NCBI GenBank assembly: GCA_041303805.1
Contig: JBFYOM010000001.1
Span: 1-61,453 of the forward strand
Direction: 5' to 3'
From: Micrococcales bacterium
GTDB lineage: Bacteria > Actinomycetota > Actinomycetes > Actinomycetales > Microbacteriaceae
Length of the DNA stretch: 61,453 bases
This document shows, piece after piece, positions 42,322 through 51,562 of this stretch. A program made the position numbers and the translations under genes. Position 1 is the first letter of the stretch, and every line of letters begins with the position of its first letter. Below the pieces are notes generated by a model. That model searched no databases, was not told where the DNA came from, and worked only from the letters and a program-made list of their open reading frames with translations.

Positions 42322-42807
42322 CTAGCCCTCTAGTTCTTTCATGATTTCTGAAAAGTTTTTCTTGGCCCTGTGGAGTCGAATGGTTGCTGCGTTCTTACTA
42401 ACCCGAAGTGCTAGAGAGACTTCCTCAATGCTGAGGTCTTCTAGAGCAACCAGTGATAGCACCAGGCGATCGGCTGGCTTCAATTTGGTCCAAGCGGTTT
42501 TGATGGTGACATTGGTGATGGCGAGATTTTCAGCCGCAGGTGCCAACAGGTCGGTCTCGAGAAGCGGCAAGACGAATCGTCTTTGTTCTTTGCGCCGGTG
42601 ATTGAGAAGCACGTTGTTGGCAATTCGATACAGCCAAGGCAACTCATTGCCGGCAGGAGCTTTATCGCGCCTGTGCCAGGCGATTGAGAACACCTCCGCC
42701 GCTAAACCTTCAACTTCGCTAACCGACGTGCGGTAGGTGAAGAACTTTGAAATCGCAGGCAGGTAGGCGCGATAGTGTTCGGTGAATTCTCTGCTGTCCA
42801 TAGTCAT
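42322..42807 (-). CDS. ECF RNA polymerase sigma factor
   Basis: Region 2 (EVFSIAW..PWLYRIANN) and region 4 (LSIEEVSLAL..IRLHRAKK); 161 aa. Confidence 0.88.
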   Translation of the reverse strand: MTMDSREFTEHYRAYLPAISKFFTYRTSVSEVEGLAAEVFSIAWHRRDKAPAGNELPWLYRIANNVLLNHRRKEQRRFVLPLLETDLLAPAAENLAITNVTIKTAWTKLKPADRLVLSLVALEDLSIEEVSLALRVSKNAATIRLHRAKKNFSEIMKELEG

Positions 42808-42833
42808 CTCAAGGAGTTTATGTCGCGAGGCCG

Positions 42834-43355
42834 TTACTTATTTCTAAACTCGCAAGAATCTTCGTGGTCGTCAATAATTCCAATGGCCTGCATCATGGCG
42901 TGCATAGTGGTTGGCCCCACAAAGTTGAAGCCGAGACCTCTAAGTTCCTTGGAAAGTGCCGTTGATTCGGGGGAGACCGTGAGGTTTCTGCGGTCCTCGG
43001 TAGGAGCGTGCTTTTGGATCAGTTCTTCAAGAGAAATGCTTTGCTCTTGGATGATTCGAGCATTGTTGATTACAGCTTGGATTTTTCCGCGGTGCCGAAT
43101 GATTCCCTCATCCGCGAGCAGGCGCTCGACGTCCTGCTCAGAGAGCTTGGCAACTTCGACAATCTTGAACCCTAGGAACGCCTCGCGAAAGCCTTCACGG
43201 CGTTTCAGAATAGTTAGCCAACTCAAGCCGGCCTGAAAACCTTCGAGGCTGATTCGTTCGAACAGAGCATCCTCACCTGTGATTGGTTTACCCCACTCGG
43301 TGTCGTGGTAGTCGATGTAGATTGGGTCGGCAGTAAGCCAGGAGCAACGTTGCAT
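42834..43355 (-). CDS. tag: DNA-3-methyladenine glycosylase I
   Basis: RCSW, YHDTEWG, LEGFQAGLSW, FVGPTT, DDH..C; start MQRC overlaps the ogt stop (TGATG). Confidence 0.93.
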   Translation of the reverse strand: MQRCSWLTADPIYIDYHDTEWGKPITGEDALFERISLEGFQAGLSWLTILKRREGFREAFLGFKIVEVAKLSEQDVERLLADEGIIRHRGKIQAVINNARIIQEQSISLEELIQKHAPTEDRRNLTVSPESTALSKELRGLGFNFVGPTTMHAMMQAIGIIDDHEDSCEFRNK

Positions 43356-43840
43356 CAGTCTTTGGTCTCGATACCTTCGAGAGCAAGTAGCCAGCGCTTG
43401 GTTGGGATTCCATCGCCACCCGAGTAGCCAGTGATCTTGCCGCTGGCTCCTAGAACTCGGTGGCAACCGATGATTAGGGGAACCGGGTTCGAACCAACTG
43501 CGCCACCTACGGCACGAACCGCTTTCGGGTTTCCGATGTTCGTAGCGATCTCGGCATACGTGGTTACCTCGCCAAAACCTATCTTGCCGATTTCTTTCCA
43601 GACGGACCTTTGAAATTCGGTGCCTTCTAGTTCAGTTGCGAAAGTGAGTTCCTGGCTTTTGCCTTTGAAGTAACTGGTCAGCTGCTTCTTGGCATCGCTA
43701 AGAACCGATGCTTTCCCAAAGTCTGGCGTCATCTCACTACCAATGGTCAGATAAACGACCTTGTTGTGATTGGCAAGGAGGGTGATCGCTCCAACAGGGG
43801 CTTGGAAGGTTAGCTTTGCGTCGTGGTTGGGGAGTTTCAT
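43355..43840 (-). CDS. ogt: Methylated-DNA--protein-cysteine methyltransferase
   Basis: GTEFQRSVW, AVRAVGGA, GCHRV active site, GYSGG. Confidence 0.93.
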   Translation of the reverse strand: MKLPNHDAKLTFQAPVGAITLLANHNKVVYLTIGSEMTPDFGKASVLSDAKKQLTSYFKGKSQELTFATELEGTEFQRSVWKEIGKIGFGEVTTYAEIATNIGNPKAVRAVGGAVGSNPVPLIIGCHRVLGASGKITGYSGGDGIPTKRWLLALEGIETKD

Positions 43841-43899
43841 CTTGCCAAGGCTACCTTTCTGTCATACGTAAAACAGAAGTCACAGAAAGTTGTGAATAA

Positions 43900-45318
43900 C
43901 TACTTGACGATGTCCCACGCCTTGGTGAGAGTCTCTCGCACCTTGGCTTCCATCATGTCGAAGTCGGCTTGGTCGCTGGTTAGCGGTGGAGCCAACTGAA
44001 CTACTGGGTCTCCACGGTCGTCGGCGCGGCAATAGAGGCCCTTGCTGTAGAGGTCTTTGGTGATGAAACCGCGGAGAAGCTTTTCGATCTCTTCGAGGTT
44101 GAAGCGGGCCTTGGTCTCTTTGTCTTTGACGAGTTCGATTGCATAGAAGTAACCGGTTCCACGAACGTCGCCAACGATGTCGAGATCGCTTAGCTTGTCT
44201 AGGGTTTTCTTGAAGTTGCCCTGGTTGGCTTGGACGTGACTGATTAGGTCCATTTCGTCATACATGTCTAGGTTCTCAAGGGCTACCGCACAGCTCGCTG
44301 GGGATGCGGCGAAAGTGTAGCCGTGAGGGAAGATGTTCGTGCCCTTCTTGAAGGGTTCGTAGAACTTTTCCTTCATCATTAGAGCACCGAGTGGCAAGAC
44401 CGAGTTGGTGATTGCTTTGGCGCAAACCAGCATGTCGGGTTCGAAGTTGTATTTCTCTGAGGCGAACATTGTTCCGGTGCGACCAAAGCCGTCGATGGTC
44501 TCGTCGGCAACCAGAATCACGTCGTATTTGTCGCAGATTTCTCGAACGCGCTGGAAATAGATTGGGTGTGAGGTGAAGGCGCCACCAGAGTTTTGAACCG
44601 GTTCAAAGAAGAAAGCCGCAACGGTGTCGGGATCTTCCATCAGAATCATTTCCTCAACGCGGTTCGCTGCCCAAAGGCCGAACTCTTCTTCGTTGGCGAA
44701 ATCGTCTTGGGCGCGGTACCAGTTGGTATTTGGTACACGGAAGGTGCTTGGCACCAGCGGCTCGAACGCCTTCTTCATGTTAGCGATACCGGTCAGGCTT
44801 AGAGCGCCGTGGCTGGTGCCGTGATAGGCGGTCTTGCGAGTGATGACCTTGTGCTTCATCGGCTTGCCCATCATCTTGAAATACTGCTTGGCTAGTTTCC
44901 AAGCGGTCTCGTTGGCCTCGCCGCCGCCAGTGGTGAAGAAGACGCGGTCAAGACCGTTTGGTGCGTAAGAAAGCAAACGTTCACCGAGCTCGATGGCTGG
45001 TGGGTGAGCAAAACTCCAAAGTGGCACGAAGTCCATTTGCATTAGCTGCTTCTTGGCTGCCTCCGCTAGACGCTCGTGACCGTGGCCAGCGTTGACAGAG
45101 AAAAGACCGGAAAGTCCGTCGAAGAGTTTGTTGCCGTTCTGGTCCCAGATGTACTTACCCTCGGCCTTGGTGATGATCGGAATCGATCCACCCTCGTAAA
45201 GGCTAGTGCGAGTGAAGTGTGGCCACAGGTGCTCGCGGGCACCGTGCTCCAACTGCTCTTTGGTCAGTGGCACGCCGGCTTTGCGAGCGTCGGTCATAGG
45301 TGTGAGTCGTTCGGACAT
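43900..45318 (-). CDS. Class III PLP aminotransferase, probably acting on putrescine or another omega-amine
   Basis: HLWPHF, AYHG, EPVQNSGG, DETIDGFGRTG, CAK (PLP Lys), HGYTF; located in the polyamine cluster. Confidence 0.85.
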   Translation of the reverse strand: MSERLTPMTDARKAGVPLTKEQLEHGAREHLWPHFTRTSLYEGGSIPIITKAEGKYIWDQNGNKLFDGLSGLFSVNAGHGHERLAEAAKKQLMQMDFVPLWSFAHPPAIELGERLLSYAPNGLDRVFFTTGGGEANETAWKLAKQYFKMMGKPMKHKVITRKTAYHGTSHGALSLTGIANMKKAFEPLVPSTFRVPNTNWYRAQDDFANEEEFGLWAANRVEEMILMEDPDTVAAFFFEPVQNSGGAFTSHPIYFQRVREICDKYDVILVADETIDGFGRTGTMFASEKYNFEPDMLVCAKAITNSVLPLGALMMKEKFYEPFKKGTNIFPHGYTFAASPASCAVALENLDMYDEMDLISHVQANQGNFKKTLDKLSDLDIVGDVRGTGYFYAIELVKDKETKARFNLEEIEKLLRGFITKDLYSKGLYCRADDRGDPVVQLAPPLTSDQADFDMMEAKVRETLTKAWDIVK

Positions 45319-45410
45319 AATGTCATTCTGGCAGATTTGGGCGGTTGAGTGGTGAAGTTCGCACGGGAATGGCTAGCATCTTATTAAGTCAATCAAAGGA
45401 GATAAATCAA

Positions 45411-46847
45411 ATGGCTATTCGCGAGTTGAAGAACTTTATCAACGGCAAGTCAGTTGCCCCAAAGTCGGGCAAATACTCAGACGTCATCAACCCAGCCAAC
45501 GGCAAGGTTTACGCAAAGGCTCCGCTATCTTCAGCAGCCGATGTAAACGCAGCCTTCAAGGCGGCCGAGGCAGCATTCCCAATCTGGAGTAACTTCACTC
45601 CATCACAGCGCCAGTTGGCCCTGCTTAAGATTGCCGACGAGCTCGAGAAGAACGCCAAGGCTTTCGCAAAGGCGGAGTCGGAGAACTGTGGTAAGCCAAT
45701 TGCAACTCTGATTGAATACGAAATCATGCCTTCGGTTGACCAGATCCGTTTCATGGCTGGTGCCGCTCGTAATCTAGAGGGCAAGGCAACCGGTGAGTAC
45801 ACCGCTGACCACACCTCGTCGATTCGTCGTGAGCCAATCGGTGTCATCGGTCAGGTGACACCTTGGAACTACCCGCTAAACATGGCTGTTTGGAAGTTTG
45901 CTCCAGCACTAGCTGCTGGTAACACCATCGTTCTAAAGCCTTCGGACACCACTCCTGTTTCGACCATCATGTTGGCCGAAATGGCTGCTAAGCACCTGCC
46001 AAAGGGTGTTTTCAACGTGGTCATGGGAGACCGTTCGACCGGAGCCGCACTGGTTGAACACCCAATCCCGCAGATGGTTTCGATCACCGGTTCGGTGGGT
46101 GCCGGTATGGCTGTTGCTAGAAGCGCTGCCAACGACGTAAAGCGCGTTCACCTAGAACTAGGTGGCAAGGCTCCAGTTATCGTCTTTGCTGATGCAGACC
46201 TAAAGGCTGCCGCTGCTGGCGTTGCCGGCGCAGGGTTCTTCAATGCCGGCCAGGACTGCACCGCGGCTACCCGTGTTTTAGTTCACGAGTCGGTCAAAGA
46301 CGCATTCATCAAGGAACTGGTCAAGGCTGTGAAGTCTGACGCTAAGGTAGGTGACCCTAATGACAAGGACACCTATGTTGGTCCAGTGAACAACGTGAAC
46401 CAGCTTGAGCGCGTCCTAGGTTTCATTGCTCGCACTCCGAAGCACGCGAAGATCGAGGTGGGTGGCAAGCAGGTCAAGCGCGACGGCTTCTACATCCAGC
46501 CAACCGTGATCTCTGGTCTAAAGCAGGACGACGAGCACATTCAGTCGGAAATCTTCGGCCCAGTCGTTACTGTGCAGACCTTCAAGACCGATGCTGAAGC
46601 GATGAAGAACGCAAACGACGTTATGTATGGTTTGGCTAGCTCGGTATGGACCAGCAACCACACCCGCGCAATGCGTTTCTCGAAGGGCTTGAACTTTGGT
46701 TGTGTCTGGATCAACTGCCACATCCCATTGGCTGCTGAAATGCCTCACGGTGGTTTCCGTCACTCGGGTTACGGTAAAGACCTTTCGGCCTATGGCTTCG
46801 AGGACTACACCCGAATCAAGCACGTGATGAGCTACATCGGGGACTAA
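45411..46847 (+). CDS. patD: Gamma-aminobutyraldehyde dehydrogenase
   Basis: TPWNYP, ITGS, LELGGKAP, NAGQDCTAATR, EMPHGGF..SGYGKDLS; AAGGAG SD before ATG 45411. Confidence 0.88.
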   Translation: MAIRELKNFINGKSVAPKSGKYSDVINPANGKVYAKAPLSSAADVNAAFKAAEAAFPIWSNFTPSQRQLALLKIADELEKNAKAFAKAESENCGKPIATLIEYEIMPSVDQIRFMAGAARNLEGKATGEYTADHTSSIRREPIGVIGQVTPWNYPLNMAVWKFAPALAAGNTIVLKPSDTTPVSTIMLAEMAAKHLPKGVFNVVMGDRSTGAALVEHPIPQMVSITGSVGAGMAVARSAANDVKRVHLELGGKAPVIVFADADLKAAAAGVAGAGFFNAGQDCTAATRVLVHESVKDAFIKELVKAVKSDAKVGDPNDKDTYVGPVNNVNQLERVLGFIARTPKHAKIEVGGKQVKRDGFYIQPTVISGLKQDDEHIQSEIFGPVVTVQTFKTDAEAMKNANDVMYGLASSVWTSNHTRAMRFSKGLNFGCVWINCHIPLAAEMPHGGFRHSGYGKDLSAYGFEDYTRIKHVMSYIGD

Positions 46848-46904
46848 TCCACAGATTCCCAAAGCGGGCTTATTCAGGTAGCTAGTTTCGACCAGAATCG
46901 TCTG

Positions 46905-47912
46905 ATGAGCCCGCTTTACATTTTGCCGTCGGTTGTGATTGGGCTGGTTTTTGCTCTAGGCACCGGCAACTGGCTCATTCTGCTGGCATCGCTACTTACT
47001 GCTGGAACCACTTGGATGATTTCCAAGAGGAAGAGCGGGGTGCTCGAAGGACCTTTGCGACTGAAAGGGGATCGCGTTTGGCTGGGGGAGAGAAAGCTTC
47101 CAAAACATCAATTGTTTTGGTCTAAAGACATCCACCAGAAGGTTTTGGAAGAATTTCTAGCCGGCACCGAACCAAAGCTGGATTCGTTGAGGCAATTGCG
47201 CCAAAGTAATTGGAGGCAGAGTGAACCGAACGCCTATCTGGTTGGCGTTGAATCTGCTTTTCGATTAGATGAAGGAGCGGGCCACCTTCTTGTGGTTGGT
47301 CCAACCGGCTCAGGCAAAAGCGAACTGATTCACTTGTGTTTAGCCAGCTTAGACTCCGATGTCGCGCTCGCGGTGGCCGACTTCAAAGGTGGAGCGGTGC
47401 TTACCGAAATCTCCGGGGTGAAGTACGCGGTGAGCGACATCGACGTTCTTGAAGCCCAGAATGACTTCTGGGGTCACCTGATTGCGGAACTTCAAGCTCG
47501 AGAGTCTTGGTTAAAGTCTCAAGGAGTTGCCAACTGGATGCAGGCAGAACGCCTAGGTTTAGGAAATCAAAGGATGCTGGTTGTGGTCGATGAGGTTGTG
47601 GCTGCTATACGCTCTGGAGTCAAGGCCACCGATGCGATTGTTCGAATAGCAACCAAGGGCCGCTCACTTGGAGTTCACCTGCTGGTTACCACCCAATCTT
47701 TAGTTGGAATCCCAAGAGAGGTGCTGGTCAACCTGCGGTCTCGGCTGGCTTTGGCCGGCACGGACGAAGTTGAGCTGATGCAATTGGGCGGCAAGGGAAA
47801 GTTTGCCGCGGCCTCAAGCGAAACGAAAGCCGCCATGTTGATACATGACGGCCAAACGTTTGACTTGCAAGTTCCACTTGGGGCTAGGCAAGCACCTCTG
47901 AAAGCTGAGTGA
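46905..47912 (+). CDS. Short FtsK/SpoIIIE-family ATPase (EccC/EssC first-domain-like) with N-terminal TM helices
   Basis: GPTGSGKS, ADFKGG, VVVDE, RIATKGRSLGVHLLVTTQ. Confidence 0.82.
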   Translation: MSPLYILPSVVIGLVFALGTGNWLILLASLLTAGTTWMISKRKSGVLEGPLRLKGDRVWLGERKLPKHQLFWSKDIHQKVLEEFLAGTEPKLDSLRQLRQSNWRQSEPNAYLVGVESAFRLDEGAGHLLVVGPTGSGKSELIHLCLASLDSDVALAVADFKGGAVLTEISGVKYAVSDIDVLEAQNDFWGHLIAELQARESWLKSQGVANWMQAERLGLGNQRMLVVVDEVVAAIRSGVKATDAIVRIATKGRSLGVHLLVTTQSLVGIPREVLVNLRSRLALAGTDEVELMQLGGKGKFAAASSETKAAMLIHDGQTFDLQVPLGARQAPLKAE

Positions 47913-48999
47913 AGCCCAAACCGTGAGCGACCCCAACCGGTTCGCTGGTGATGGCTCCGTCGTGGGTGTTTAGTCCAAGGGCCAAAGAAGGATCCTGCTG
48001 AAGAGCTTTCAACCAACCGTTGTTTGCCAGTGACTTCGCGTATGGCAAAGTCGCGTTGGTTAGTGCGTAAGTCGAAGTGTGAGGCACCGCGCCTGGCATA
48101 TTCGCAACGCAGTAGAAAATTGTGTCGTGAACCTTGAAAGTTGGTTCTGCGTGAGTGGTTGGCTTCGAGTCTGCGAAACAACCACCCTGGTCTATGGCGA
48201 TGTCAACGAGAACTGAGCCTGGCTTCATGTTCTTGACGTGATCGTTGGTCACCAGCTTTGGAGCCTTTGCACCTGGAATAAGTACCGAACCTATTACTAG
48301 GTCGGCATCGGCCAATGCTCTTTTGATTTCGAATGCGTTCGAAGCAATCGTGCGCACTCTGCCAGCGTAGTGGTGATCTAGTTCGCGCAGGCGGTTTAGG
48401 TTGGTGTCCATAACTGTTACTTCGGCACCGGAACCAACCGCCATGGCAACCGCGTTGGTTCCAGCCACTCCACCTCCAAGCACAACCACCTTGGCAGGGC
48501 GGGTTCCAGGTACACCACCGAGAAGCATTCCACTTCCCCCGTTTTGGCGCATTAGGGTTTCTGCTCCAACCTGGATCGACAACCGGCCGGCAACCTCGCT
48601 CATCGGAGCAAGCAGTGGCAACTGGCGGCTTGGAAGCTGAACTGTCTCGTAAGCGATTGCGGTGACTTTTTTAGCGGTTAGTTGGTTGGTTAGTTCAAGG
48701 TCCGCAGCAAGGTGAAGGTAGGTGAAAAGCACGAGCCCTTCTCTGAGGAAGCCGTACTCGCTGGAAATCGGTTCCTTGACCTTCATGACCATGTCGCCGG
48801 CAGCCCAGGTGGCAGCAGCATCCGAAAGGATCGTTGCTCCCGCCTCAATGTATTCAGTATCAGAAATGCTTGAACCGTTACCTGCACCAGCCTGAACAAA
48901 AATCTCGTGACCTGCAACGACAAGTTCGTGAACTCCAGCGGGGGTGATTGCCACTCGGAATTCGTTGTTTTTTACTTCGGCTGGTACTGCAATACGCAT
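47884..48999 (-). CDS. ald: Alanine dehydrogenase
   Basis: EVKNNEFRV, KVKEP, FTYLHLA, PMSEVAG, DIAIDQGG, CVANMPG; GAGGAG SD before ATG 48999. Confidence 0.95.
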   Translation of the reverse strand: MRIAVPAEVKNNEFRVAITPAGVHELVVAGHEIFVQAGAGNGSSISDTEYIEAGATILSDAAATWAAGDMVMKVKEPISSEYGFLREGLVLFTYLHLAADLELTNQLTAKKVTAIAYETVQLPSRQLPLLAPMSEVAGRLSIQVGAETLMRQNGGSGMLLGGVPGTRPAKVVVLGGGVAGTNAVAMAVGSGAEVTVMDTNLNRLRELDHHYAGRVRTIASNAFEIKRALADADLVIGSVLIPGAKAPKLVTNDHVKNMKPGSVLVDIAIDQGGCFADSKPTTHAEPTFKVHDTIFYCVANMPGAVPHTSTYALTNATLPYAKSLANNGWLKALQQDPSLALGLNTHDGAITSEPVGVAHGLGFTQLSEVLA

Positions 49000-49199
49000 T
49001 TCTCTCCTCATGCCGACATCTTTGCCAGTCGCACGCAATAACGATACCCGAAAAATTAGTTGCTTCCTTTTTCAAAAAGTTACCTATTTTTGCTATTTGC
49101 GAACAAATCTTTGTGGCAGTATGGCAATTGACTCGCAAACTGCTTGTCGATTGGTTGTTGTTTGGACACCGTTGTCCGTTCGATGTAAAGGAGCCAGCT

Positions 49200-50435
49200 A
49201 TGTCTGAGCAAAAGTCCCCAATTGTCCGTGACGCTCTAAAGGCAGTTTCTGCCAAAGAGGTCACCCGCCGTGCTGTGATAGGTGGTGCTGGTGCAGTTAG
49301 CATCGCGTCGCTATTGGCCGCTTGTGCCCCTGGCGGCGGAGCAAAAACCCTGACTCCTGCTGAAGACGTTTCGGCTACCGAGAAGGTTCTAACCTGGGAC
49401 AACTGGCCTTACTACATGGACGGCGAGGACGGATCGTTCCCAACCCTTACCGCTTTCGAAAAGCAGAGCGGAATCGACGTCACCTACAACATCAACGTTG
49501 ACGACAACAACACCTACTTCGCTCGCATCAAGAACCAGCTTGCTGCTGGAACCGACACCGGTGCCGACACCTTCTGTCTAACCGACTGGATGATTTCGCG
49601 TTTGATTAACAGTGGCTACGTGCAGGAACTCAACTACGAGAACATGCCAAACGTAACCGCTAACCTAATCCCAGCATTCAAGGGTGTACTTGGTGAATTC
49701 GACCCAGGTCGTAAGTACTCACTTCCTTGGAAGGGCATCATTGCCGCTGTTGGTTACCACAAGGCAAACTACAAGAAGCTAACCGGAAAAGACGCTCCAA
49801 CTTCGGTTGAAGACCTATGGGCTCCTGAACTAAAGGGTCGCGTTGAGGTTCTTTCCGAAATGCGCGACACCCTAGGTGTCATGATGATGGGCGCAGGTGT
49901 TGATATCGCGAAGTTCACCTCAGAGGAGTTCTACGCAGCGCTAGACCTGTTCACCGAGAAGGTTTCATCCGGTCACATCCGCTCGATCAAGGGCAACTCT
50001 TACGTTGACGACTACAAGTCGGGCGACGCAGTTGCTGGAATCGTTTGGGCTGGAGACCTAGTTGGAGCCAACCTAGAGTTGGGCACCGAAGAGCTAGGTG
50101 TTGTGCTGCTTGACTCGGGTTCAACCTTTGCCTGCGACAACTTCGTCGTACCAATGGGCTCTGCTCACAAAGCCAACGTTGAAGCAGTTATCGACTACTA
50201 CTTCACTCCTGAGGTTGCAGCCGAACTAGCGATGGCTGGGGTTTACTACGTAACCCCGGTTGCCGGTGCTCGCGAAATCGTAATCAAGAAGGACCCAGCG
50301 TTGGCGAACAACGAACTGATCTTCCCTTCAGATGAAATCTTTGCAACCAAGCTAAAGCAGTTCCGTCCTCTAACTCCTCAGGAAGACAACGAGTTCTCGA
50401 CTGCTTGGTCAGACGCTTCAAACGGTGTCGTGTAA
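49200..50435 (+). CDS. potD: Spermidine/putrescine ABC transporter substrate-binding Tat lipoprotein
   Basis: TRRAVI twin-Arg, LAAC lipobox, NWPYY, EMRDT, WAGD; AAGGAG SD before ATG 49200. Confidence 0.88.
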   Translation: MSEQKSPIVRDALKAVSAKEVTRRAVIGGAGAVSIASLLAACAPGGGAKTLTPAEDVSATEKVLTWDNWPYYMDGEDGSFPTLTAFEKQSGIDVTYNINVDDNNTYFARIKNQLAAGTDTGADTFCLTDWMISRLINSGYVQELNYENMPNVTANLIPAFKGVLGEFDPGRKYSLPWKGIIAAVGYHKANYKKLTGKDAPTSVEDLWAPELKGRVEVLSEMRDTLGVMMMGAGVDIAKFTSEEFYAALDLFTEKVSSGHIRSIKGNSYVDDYKSGDAVAGIVWAGDLVGANLELGTEELGVVLLDSGSTFACDNFVVPMGSAHKANVEAVIDYYFTPEVAAELAMAGVYYVTPVAGAREIVIKKDPALANNELIFPSDEIFATKLKQFRPLTPQEDNEFSTAWSDASNGVV

Positions 50436-51560
50436 TTGGCAATTGAGTTCAAACCATCTGGTGCTGATCTCGAGTTAGTCAACGTTCGAAAAGATTTCCC
50501 TGGTTTCACCGCGCTTGAGGACATGGACCTCAAGATTCCAGCTGGCGAGTTCTTCGCCCTGCTAGGTCCTTCTGGCTGCGGTAAAACCACAACTTTGCGA
50601 ATCGTTGCCGGGCTCGAGGAGCCAACTACCGGGCAAGTTCTTATCGGCGGCAAGGACGTTACCTCCTCTAAGCCTCACGAGCGTCCGGTGAACACCGTGT
50701 TCCAGAGTTACGCCCTATTCCCGCACATGACCATCTTGGAAAACGTGGCTTTTGGCTTGCGCCAGCGCAAGATTGAAGACCCGGTCAAGAAGGCCATGGA
50801 CGCCCTCAACTTGGTTGAGCTTGGCTACGCGGCCGAGCGTCGCCCGCAGCAGCTTTCCGGTGGTCAGCAGCAGCGCGTTGCTCTTGCTCGCGCGCTAGTT
50901 AACCGCCCAGCGCTTTTGCTTCTGGACGAACCTCTTGGCGCACTTGATCTCAAGCTTCGTCGTCAGATGCAGATCGAGCTAAAGGCCATCCAGATGGAAG
51001 TTGGTTTGACCTTCTTGCACGTGACCCACGATCAGGAAGAAGCCATGGACATGGCTGACACCGTTGCGGTTATGAACAAGGGTCACATTGAGCAGATGGG
51101 TGCACCTGAAGCGCTCTACGAGCGCCCTAAGACGGCCTTCGTGTCGAAGTTCCTAGGTCAGTCCAATCTTTTCGTCGGTTCGATTGCCTCTTCAAACGCT
51201 TCTTCAATCAGTATTGAAGTTGGCGGACAGAAGATCACCGTTCCAAAGAATCGCGCTGAGAAACAGACCGGCAAGATTTGCATCGGCGTTCGCCCGGAGA
51301 AGACCACGTTCCACCGCAAGGATCCGAAACTTGGTTCAGACCATGTTGTAGTGGGTCCTGGTGAAATCATCGACATCCGATTCACTGGCGTTAGTAACCA
51401 GTACCTAATCGACATTCCAAAGGTCGGTGAAGTTACCGTATTCGCCCAGAACGTTGGCATCAGCCCGGTAATCGAGCTTGGCGAGAAGGTCTGGGTTTCC
51501 TGGAAGGTTGAGCACTCGTTTGGGCTTTCCGACCTACCAGCCGGCAACGAAGACGAGTAG
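50436..51560 (+). CDS. potA: Polyamine ABC transporter ATP-binding protein
   Basis: GPSGCGKT, VFQSYALFPH, LSGGQQQ, LLDEPL; C-terminal TOBE-like region. Confidence 0.92.
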   Translation: MAIEFKPSGADLELVNVRKDFPGFTALEDMDLKIPAGEFFALLGPSGCGKTTTLRIVAGLEEPTTGQVLIGGKDVTSSKPHERPVNTVFQSYALFPHMTILENVAFGLRQRKIEDPVKKAMDALNLVELGYAAERRPQQLSGGQQQRVALARALVNRPALLLLDEPLGALDLKLRRQMQIELKAIQMEVGLTFLHVTHDQEEAMDMADTVAVMNKGHIEQMGAPEALYERPKTAFVSKFLGQSNLFVGSIASSNASSISIEVGGQKITVPKNRAEKQTGKICIGVRPEKTTFHRKDPKLGSDHVVVGPGEIIDIRFTGVSNQYLIDIPKVGEVTVFAQNVGISPVIELGEKVWVSWKVEHSFGLSDLPAGNEDE

Positions 51561-51562
51561 TC

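Noticed and set aside
48948-49199. Long N-terminal extensions in the ORF track (potD, gabT, tag, patD, murI, argS, nusA, ald, tsaC, wecA, uvrD2)
   Set aside because: They overlap neighbouring genes or promoters; SD or -10 positions and family N-termini support the shorter starts used here.
49000-49199. AldR/Lrp operators in the ald-potD spacer (CTTTTT-C-AAAAAG, TTTGCGA..TCGCAAA) and a TGTCGG near the ald SD
   Set aside because: No repeated consensus site is identifiable, and the TGTCGG has no TANNNT at 10-nt spacing.
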